Shown here: one piece after another, positions 8,996-14,357 of the stretch | Numbering within the stretch: position 1 is the stretch's first letter | Layout of the letters: the number at the start of each line of letters is the position of its first letter | The notes under the pieces: model-generated | Database searches by the model: none | Seen by the model: only the letters and a program-made list of their open reading frames with translations | What the model was told of the DNA's origin: nothing | Position numbers and translations under genes: made by a program | Assembly: GCF_001564455.1 (NCBI RefSeq) | Contig: NZ_CP011391.1 | Coordinates: 570,001-602,000 of the forward strand | Direction: 5' to 3' | From: Faecalibaculum rodentium | Lineage (GTDB): Bacteria; Bacillota_I; Bacilli_A; Erysipelotrichales; Erysipelotrichaceae | Length of the DNA stretch: 32,000 bases

Positions 8996-9406
8996 AGTTT
9001 TATTGCATGATAGCATATTATCATCATTTCCAATTCGATAGAATCGAAACATGAAAGCTCTACTTAAATGTGACGTAAAGGGGCTCGGGGTAACACCCCG
9101 AAAGTAAAATTGGGGTGTGGATACATAAATGTGGATACAATACATCCGCAGATAATGTGGATACAAACCCCTTGCTTGCGAACTTTCAAACCTATATTTT
9201 CCTATAAATCATAATCAGGCACTTCGTGCCTTAAAAAAAAATCACTCTTCCTCCTATTCAGGTGGTGTGAAGTCCGTTTTTGCTACACCTTTAAGGTGAC
9301 AGCAAATAAAAGTATAGAATGTAAACGGCCGTATAGCGGAGTTCATAAAGACAATCAAAGACCATAAAATACATAAATAGGCGCGCCTGGAGGTGGTCGT
9401 AAGTAC
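8996..9406 (-). promoter_or_regulatory. Candidate oriT / mobC promoter-operator region
   Basis: Non-coding gap directly upstream of mobC-relaxase. It contains several repeats and palindromes.
- ATGATAgcatatTATCAT at 9007-9024
- TTCGATagaATCGAA at 9034-9048
- cggggtaacaccccg at 9086-9100
- three TGTGGATACA repeats
- aggcac-ttc-gtgcct hairpin at about 9215-9232
- cacct-tta-aggtg near 9286-9298

The nic site is not identified. Confidence 0.45.
9116..9165. repeat. Three direct copies of TGTGGATACA (9116, 9130, 9156) plus a degenerate inverted copy (9141-9150), bracketed by GGGGT...ACCCC
   Basis: Read directly from the sequence. Confidence 0.8.
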
Positions 9407-9428
9407 AAAAAAAGCAGGACGTACCTGC
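9407..9428 (-). terminator. Rho-independent terminator after the DUF2786-like gene
   Basis: Minus strand reads gcaggtacgtcctgc followed by T7. Confidence 0.7.
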
Positions 9429-9439
9429 GTGAAAAGGAA

Positions 9440-10102
9440 TTAGACTGTAGGGGAAATACGCCGATCTGGCCGGAAATTTCGACCGTCTTCAACTCCTTCA
9501 TTATACTTGGCGGTTGAAATTCGGCCATTAAGATTGTGCTGTTTTACTTTCATCCCTTCGATTTCCTTTTCAACTTCTCGTGGAGTGACAAGGACCAAGG
9601 CATAGTCCTGGTATTCTTCATCCTGTTTTTTGAACGCTTCATTTAGGCCCGCGATAAAGCCAAATGCATAACCATTCTCAATCTTACGGAGTTCTTTTGT
9701 TGATAACATGGAGAACTCTTTTTTAAATCTTTTGAATGCAGACCGTACTGAATCAACAGCATATTCGAAAACCATCACACACAGGTCAAAATCATCAGGC
9801 AAACCGATGAAACCGATTGTTCGGGTTTGTGCGCCAGCTTCAACAGCGCCATAAGAACGACAACAATAGTGACTGGCGATAACATTAGCCAAAATGCTCA
9901 TCCACGGATCCCGCCGATTACTGCATGAATATTTAGTCGTTTTCCTGACGATAGTAGAACGGCATTCGGAAAAAACTTCCTGTTCTGTAATCTTGTGTTC
10001 TGCCATAAGCGCACGGGCTTTCAGCAAGGCGGCTTTGGCTTCATTTTCGTTTGAACTTTTGGAAAGTGCGAGCAGTTTTCTGATTTTGTCTTTGTAATTC
10101 AT
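9440..10102 (-). CDS. DUF2786-like protein (phage/plasmid family)
   Basis: The N-terminus MNYKDKIRKLLALSKSSNENEAKAALLKARALMAEHKI is the typical DUF2786 helix pair. Start set at ATG 10102 (RBS aaggagaacact). The upstream part of the track ORF lies in the conserved leader. Confidence 0.6.
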   Translation of the reverse strand: MNYKDKIRKLLALSKSSNENEAKAALLKARALMAEHKITEQEVFSECRSTIVRKTTKYSCSNRRDPWMSILANVIASHYCCRSYGAVEAGAQTRTIGFIGLPDDFDLCVMVFEYAVDSVRSAFKRFKKEFSMLSTKELRKIENGYAFGFIAGLNEAFKKQDEEYQDYALVLVTPREVEKEIEGMKVKQHNLNGRISTAKYNEGVEDGRNFRPDRRISPTV

Positions 10103-10260
10103 AGTGTTCTCCTTACCGCTTTGTGCGGTCCTCACTTTTTACGAGACCGCAGACAGATGAGCCGTCAATGACGCGGTTAGCGTGCATTTAATCATTGACG
10201 GCTCAGCAGCTGTCTGCGGTTTATAAGATCCATGAAAGTCATAAATACCATAAAAAGCGG
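10103..10260 (-). promoter_or_regulatory. Hairpin-leader module copy 1 (hairpin 10146-10220; TTGACG 10195-10200; CATAAA-type array 10221-10258)
   Basis: Arm accgcagacagatgagccgtcaatga pairs with arm tcattgacggctcagcagctgtctgcggt. The sense leader is TAAAAAGTGAGGACCGCACAAAGCGGTAAGGAGaacactATG. Confidence 0.75.
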
Positions 10261-10301
10261 ACTCAAAAATGGGACATTATATCATGCCCCATTTCTATGA
10301 A

Positions 10302-10580
10302 TTAACAATTAATTTTTGCCGCACGGAATATATAGTACAGTACCCACGGCGCAAATATATATTCAATATCCTCAATGTTTCTGAAGGTTTGGACATCAAA
10401 TTTTCCCTTTTCGGGATTCCATATCCGAAGATTATCATCATTGCAGAGAGCGGGAACAACTGTCATTAGAAATACTATCATCTGCCGGTCGGATAATTGT
10501 TCTGGGTCTAATTCATTTGAAGCACAGATAGCTTCGTAGTCTTTCTGATGAGTGGCAGTAATAAATTGTAGCTGATCCAT
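10302..10580 (-). CDS. Small acidic hypothetical protein (92 aa)
   Basis: ORF lies 31 nt downstream of the preceding gene with its own RBS. It has 14 D/E versus 8 K/R. No family recognised. Confidence 0.5.
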   Translation of the reverse strand: MDQLQFITATHQKDYEAICASNELDPEQLSDRQMIVFLMTVVPALCNDDNLRIWNPEKGKFDVQTFRNIEDIEYIFAPWVLYYIFRAAKINC

Positions 10581-10610
10581 TTTGCATTCTCCTACAGTAA
10601 TGATAGTTAA

Positions 10611-10955
10611 TTAGATAGCCGGCGTCACTATGGCTTCCAATATCGGTATCCAAAATGGGTACTCACTGACTGATCCAGCGATTTCAATAGCTTGAGTATC
10701 ATGCTCATTATCCAAATACGAAGAAACTTTCAGATACTGGTCTAGGTTTATCTCATGTCCAAGGATTTCTTCTACAGACATCCAGTTATCGGCATCATAG
10801 CCGTTTGGAATAAAATTCGCGTCCCGTTCTAGGATAAATAGTTTTGTCAGCCAGGGGGTATCGGGATCATAGTTCTCCCAATCTAGAATTCCTACAGCTT
10901 TCAGGATAGCAATCATCTCGTCCCGAGAGAAAACAAGTACATTGGTTTGATTCAT
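10611..10955 (-). CDS. Small strongly acidic hypothetical protein (114 aa, about 20 D/E vs 5 K/R)
   Basis: ATG 10955 follows the RBS ataaggagag of module copy 2. Composition was counted by hand. Confidence 0.55.
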   Translation of the reverse strand: MNQTNVLVFSRDEMIAILKAVGILDWENYDPDTPWLTKLFILERDANFIPNGYDADNWMSVEEILGHEINLDQYLKVSSYLDNEHDTQAIEIAGSVSEYPFWIPILEAIVTPAI

Positions 10956-11128
10956 CAGTAACTCTCCTTATCGTCCTTACGCGGACTTCACTTTTTCCAC
11001 GGCTGCAGCCCTCAATCCAGTCAACGGCGCGAAGCGTTCAGTTTACCGTTGACCGATCTGAGGTGGGCGGCGATAGAAGACCCTAAGATTCATAAAAACC
11101 ATAGGCTTCATATCAGCCATAAAAAGGC
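10956..11128 (-). promoter_or_regulatory. Hairpin-leader module copy 2 (hairpin about 11001-11072; TTGACC 11049-11054; apical GCGAAGC)
   Basis: It shares a 33-nt identical apical core (11020-11052) with copy 5. The sense leader is GAAAAAGTGAAGTCCGCGTAAGGACGATAAGGAGagttactgATG. Confidence 0.7.
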
Positions 11129-11132
11129 TATA

Positions 11133-11160
11133 ACAAACAAAAGCGGGGTGACCCGCTTTT
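11133..11160 (-). terminator. Rho-independent terminator after the 198-aa ORF
   Basis: aagcggg-gtga-cccgctt stem. Minus-strand tail is ttttgtttgt. Confidence 0.7.
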
Positions 11161-11167
11161 GTAATGG

Positions 11168-11761
11168 TCAGCACTCCTCGAAAAAGAAGAGATTGCCAGA
11201 CTCATTTCTGTATTCCAAACTATCATCAATCTCACTGATGGCATCATCAAGATGTGCCCAAGGGACCGGTTTCCCAAGCCACTTAACCATTGAAAAGTTG
11301 GAGAAGTGAGCTTCATCCCAGTCTTTCTGCCAATCGTAATCGTTTAGCTGGTACACCAATTTCATTTCCTGCCAGCTGTCATAATAGTTATAAAGTTGAT
11401 TGATGCAGGTATGGTTATCTAGATAGATTGTAGAGGTTCCCTCTGCCCACCTCTCAGAGTATGCAATCTGTTCCGCTGAAACCGCCACAAGTCCTTCATT
11501 CCTGTTCTTTGCAATTGGAATATCCTCATCAGGCCACCGCCGTTTTGCAAACTCTTCATCCTCGGGTGTTAATCCTCCACCGTTTTTGGCCAGTCCATAA
11601 ATAATTGCCAAAACGGGGTCAGTTTTTTCTGATGTTTCAATAATGTCAGTCAGCTTTTGCATCTCTCGGTAAGCATCCAGAGTATTCGCAGACCAATGAA
11701 AATAAACATTACAAATTTCAATTCCGCCTTTTTCAATGCTAACAACTAATCTCGCTCCCAT
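11168..11761 (-). CDS. Acidic, Trp-rich hypothetical protein (198 aa)
   Basis: Start set at ATG 11761 (caaggaggaattgaaATG, MGARLVVSIEKGG...). The track ORF start at 11848 would read through the hairpin module. About 36 D/E versus about 17 K/R. Confidence 0.55.
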   Translation of the reverse strand: MGARLVVSIEKGGIEICNVYFHWSANTLDAYREMQKLTDIIETSEKTDPVLAIIYGLAKNGGGLTPEDEEFAKRRWPDEDIPIAKNRNEGLVAVSAEQIAYSERWAEGTSTIYLDNHTCINQLYNYYDSWQEMKLVYQLNDYDWQKDWDEAHFSNFSMVKWLGKPVPWAHLDDAISEIDDSLEYRNESGNLFFFEEC

Positions 11762-11922
11762 TTCAATTCCTCCTTGCCGCTTTGTGCGGTCCTCACTTTT
11801 TCTACAGCCGCAGGAAGCTGCGCCGTCAATGACGCGTTCAGCGTGCACTTTATCATTGACGGTCAGGCAGCAGCCTGCGGCAGATATAAGTCATAAAGGG
11901 CATAGGATCCATAAAAAGCCCG
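11762..11922 (-). promoter_or_regulatory. Hairpin-leader module copy 3 (hairpin 11807-11881; TTGACG 11856-11861; TATAAG 11885-11890)
   Basis: It has the same architecture as copies 1 and 4. The sense leader is GAAAAAGTGAGGACCGCACAAAGCGGCAAGGAGGaattgaaATG. Confidence 0.75.
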
Positions 11923-11940
11923 AGGTGAGTTTGCCCAAAG

Positions 11941-11966
11941 TAAAAAGGCGGGAAGTACTCCGCCTT
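11941..11966 (-). terminator. Rho-independent terminator after the second SSB-like paralog
   Basis: aaggcgg / ccgcctt stem overlaps the stop codon. Minus-strand tail is ttttta. Confidence 0.6.
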
Positions 11967-12273
11967 AACTCACTATATCTAATCGGGTAGTGACGAATGC
12001 ATATTGAGGACGCTCGGTAGGTCGCTTTTCATTAATCCTTGCATCGACGCGTCCGGTTGCATTGATTCGGGTACCTGGTGCAATCAAAGAGGCTATGTCT
12101 GCCAAGCCGCGCCATGTTTCCAGAGTTATCAAATCATCCTCGTAAATCCCTTGGGCATTTGCATAGGGACGCTTTACAGCAATCGTAATTTCACATTGCT
12201 TTATATCGTATGGCATTACAGTAAGTTCGGGTTTATTTATCACAGTCCCTGAAATGCAAAACACATTCAACAT
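11965..12273 (-). CDS. Tail-less SSB-like OB-fold protein, paralog B (102 aa)
   Basis: MLNVFCISGTVINKPEL...AVKRPYANAQGIYEDDLITLETWRGLADIA...GTRINATGRV follows the SSB OB-fold pattern. It lacks the Gly/Pro-rich linker and acidic tip. Confidence 0.55.
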   Translation of the reverse strand: MLNVFCISGTVINKPELTVMPYDIKQCEITIAVKRPYANAQGIYEDDLITLETWRGLADIASLIAPGTRINATGRVDARINEKRPTERPQYAFVTTRLDIVS

Positions 12274-12296
12274 TTGAGTACCTCCTGCCGCTTTAC

Positions 12297-12605
12297 TTAG
12301 CTCACTATATCCATCCGCTCTACGACAAATGCGTATTGAGGACGTTCAGAAGATCCGTCTTTGCTCATTCTGGCAGCTATACGTCCAGTAGCGTTAATGC
12401 ATGTTCCAGGAACGACCATAGATGCTGTATCCGCCAAGCCACGCCATGTTTCCAGAAATAAGAGGTCGCTCTCGTAAATCCCTTGGGCATTTGCGTAGGG
12501 ACGCTTTACAGCTACCTTAACCACACATTGCTTAATTCCGTTAGGTTGGACGATGCATTCAGGCTTCGATGCCACAGTCCCCGATATACAAAATACGTTT
12601 AACAT
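12297..12605 (-). CDS. Tail-less SSB-like OB-fold protein, paralog A (102 aa)
   Basis: It has the same length and pattern as paralog B, and its N-terminal 11 aa are nearly identical to B. Confidence 0.55.
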   Translation of the reverse strand: MLNVFCISGTVASKPECIVQPNGIKQCVVKVAVKRPYANAQGIYESDLLFLETWRGLADTASMVVPGTCINATGRIAARMSKDGSSERPQYAFVVERMDIVS

Positions 12606-12760
12606 TTGATTTCCTCCTGCCGCTTTGTGCGGTCTTCACTTTCTTTCAGACCGCAGGCAGATGCTCCGTCAATGGCGCCATTGGCGTGCACTTTACCATT
12701 GACGGCAAAGCAGTTGCCTGCGGTTGATAGAAATCATGAGAAACATAAAATTCATAAAAT
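12606..12760 (-). promoter_or_regulatory. Hairpin-leader module copy 4 (hairpin 12650-12724; TTGACG 12699-12704)
   Basis: Arm accgcaggcagatgctccgtcaatgg pairs with arm ccattgacggcaaagcagttgcctgcggt. The sense leader is AAGAAAGTGAAGACCGCACAAAGCGGCAGGAGGaaatcaaATG. Confidence 0.75.
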
Positions 12761-12770
12761 CGTGCGTAAT

Positions 12771-12796
12771 TAAAAAGGATGGCATCTCTGCCACCC
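12771..12796 (-). terminator. Rho-independent terminator after the PD-(D/E)XK-like gene
   Basis: ggatggca-tctc-tgccaccc stem. Minus-strand tail is ttttta. Confidence 0.55.
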
Positions 12797-12802
12797 TAAG
12801 GA

Positions 12803-13753
12803 TCACCTGTTTTTCTTTTTCGAATAATCTTCGAATACTTCCGGATGATTCTTCTTGACCCACTCTAGCTGAGACTTGTATTCGTCGCGCTCAGTCATCA
12901 TCTCATCGTATTCGCGCTTCATTTTTGGATCGAGCCACACAACCTGCGCATCATTATATTCATCAAGTCTAGATCTAGTTTGTGCTGTCATTTTTACACC
13001 TTCTCTTTCCAAATAATCAATCTGTCTTTCTGGGTCAACTGAGTCTCGGAAGATATGGCCAAGACATTGGATTGCTTCCTCGGATGATTCTGACCAGTTC
13101 ACGCCAACGGCAGCAATCTTTATTCGGACAAAATCATTCAGAGATTGGCAGAGTTTTTCTCCCGCTCCTCTTTCATTATCATTATAAAGCATTTGTGCCA
13201 CCGTCTTGCAGTCAATGACGAAACTATGGTCCATATGTGGCATGATCCAAATTGCGCAAACTGGCTTAATGTCTTTGTACTCATCATCCTTGAAGCCACT
13301 GACATCGTTTTTCTGCGATTTGAACATTTCCCCAATGTAGTAAAAGATTCTTCCCGCTAACGACCGGGAACCTGGATTTGAGTTCTGCACTTCCACATCT
13401 ACGAAAAGAACATCTGGATCCGCTGTTTCGCATACATAGAGAAGTAAGGCATCAAAACTCATATCACCCTTTTCAATCTCGGTCATCTGATCCCGCAGTT
13501 TATGACAGTGACCTCTGCTGGTACCATTCAAAGACTTTCTGAATTTGGCGGCAATATCTTCCAGGTCTCCTGAAAATATCTCAGGCATCGTTTTTTTCAG
13601 AATTAAGGCACACAGAATCGGGAGAGAAAGAATCTCTTTTGCTGCCTTATCATATCTGGCTCTAGCTTCTTTTGGAGAAATAACAGCTTTTGCTTCAGAA
13701 CTCTTCATTTCAGAATCCCAACAGTTCATTTTTTTTACTTTCCAGTTCGGCAA
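12803..13753 (-). CDS. PD-(D/E)XK-type nuclease-like protein (Rpn / PDDEXK_2 transposase-like architecture)
   Basis: SFDALLLYVC...VLFVDVEVQNSNP...AGRIFYYIGEMFKSQ...YKDIKPVCAIWIM parallels the D...(I/V)E(M/V)Q...R..YY...Y..l.PV..I layout of that family. The start is ambiguous (13753 or 13729). It overlaps the upstream ORF. Confidence 0.5.
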   Translation of the reverse strand: MPNWKVKKMNCWDSEMKSSEAKAVISPKEARARYDKAAKEILSLPILCALILKKTMPEIFSGDLEDIAAKFRKSLNGTSRGHCHKLRDQMTEIEKGDMSFDALLLYVCETADPDVLFVDVEVQNSNPGSRSLAGRIFYYIGEMFKSQKNDVSGFKDDEYKDIKPVCAIWIMPHMDHSFVIDCKTVAQMLYNDNERGAGEKLCQSLNDFVRIKIAAVGVNWSESSEEAIQCLGHIFRDSVDPERQIDYLEREGVKMTAQTRSRLDEYNDAQVVWLDPKMKREYDEMMTERDEYKSQLEWVKKNHPEVFEDYSKKKNR

Positions 13754-14357
13754 GTTTATCTTCCGCTCTTGCGTCTATTTGTTTTAGTCTCTCCTGCAGT
13801 CTGACGAGCATCTTATAATATTCCATTTTGTAACATTCCATTTCGCCTAGGAGCATATTGACTACTTCCTGCTGACCTACGTAAATGCATTTAAGTAAAA
13901 GTTCATTTTTTTTGCTTTCCAGTTCGGCAAGTTTATCTTCCACTCTTGCGTCTATTTGTTTTAGTCTCTCCTGCAGTCTGGCGGGCATCTTACAATATTC
14001 CGTTTTGTAACATTCCATTTCGCCTAGAAGTATATTGACTACTTCCTGCTGACCTACGTAAAAGCATTCAAGCAAATGGATTTCATCTAATCTGGCCATA
14101 TCCGAATCTCTTTTTTCCTGGGTCTCAGAATCATCTTCATAGTTATCGTCTTCATCTTTTAAAGTCGTTTGTCGCTCAAAACAGCGGACGGCATCGTACA
14201 GAGTTGTAAAATATATCCCCCCCATATGCCATATTCTTTTTTCGGGATTATAGTCTTTAGCCACAACATACCTTTCAGGAGCACCTTCAGGACGTTGCAA
14301 TAATGCAATCTTGTAGCCCAGTTTTCCTTCGCGGATTTCAATAATCTCAAATGTCAT
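13710..14357 (-). CDS. Hypothetical protein with small N-terminal domain and duplicated 59-aa coiled-coil/Cys-containing repeat
   Basis: Start set at ATG 14357 (aaggaggaattgattATG, MTFEIIEIREGKLGY...). The C-terminal half is two near-identical 59-aa units. Confidence 0.55.
   Translation of the reverse strand: MTFEIIEIREGKLGYKIALLQRPEGAPERYVVAKDYNPEKRIWHMGGIYFTTLYDAVRCFERQTTLKDEDDNYEDDSETQEKRDSDMARLDEIHLLECFYVGQQEVVNILLGEMECYKTEYCKMPARLQERLKQIDARVEDKLAELESKKNELLLKCIYVGQQEVVNMLLGEMECYKMEYYKMLVRLQERLKQIDARAEDKLAELESKKNELLGF
13723..14076 (-). repeat. Perfect-phase tandem repeat, 2 x 177 bp, inside the 13710-14357 CDS
   Basis: gttcatttttttt(a/g)ctttccagttcggcaagtttatcttcc... recurs at 13723 and 13900. 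The protein units are (L/K)C(F/I)YVGQQEVVN(I/M)LLGEMECYK.EY.KM..RLQERLKQIDAR.EDKLAELESKKNELL. Confidence 0.85.

Larger units (their letters stand above)
11965..12630 (-). repeat. Tandem gene duplication (two units of about 330 bp, each an SSB-like ORF plus the gcggcaggagg RBS part of the leader)
   Basis: The short spacer 12274-12296 retains aagcggcaggaggtactcaaATG, the distal part of the conserved leader. Confidence 0.7.

Noticed and set aside
9116-9165. TGTGGATACA repeats as a possible CRISPR array
   Set aside because: The repeats are only 10 bp with 4- and 16-nt gaps. They are far too short and irregular, and no cas genes are present.
8951-9166. 71-aa minus-strand ORF in the mobC upstream region
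   Set aside because: It spans the repeats and palindromes of the oriT-like region and a terminator hairpin. It has no RBS, so it is treated as non-coding.
9215-9241. aggcac-ttc-gtgcct hairpin next to an A9 run as a terminator
   Set aside because: The homopolymer is on the wrong side. A-run follows the stem on the plus strand, and T-run precedes it on the minus strand. It is kept only as an oriT-region inverted repeat.
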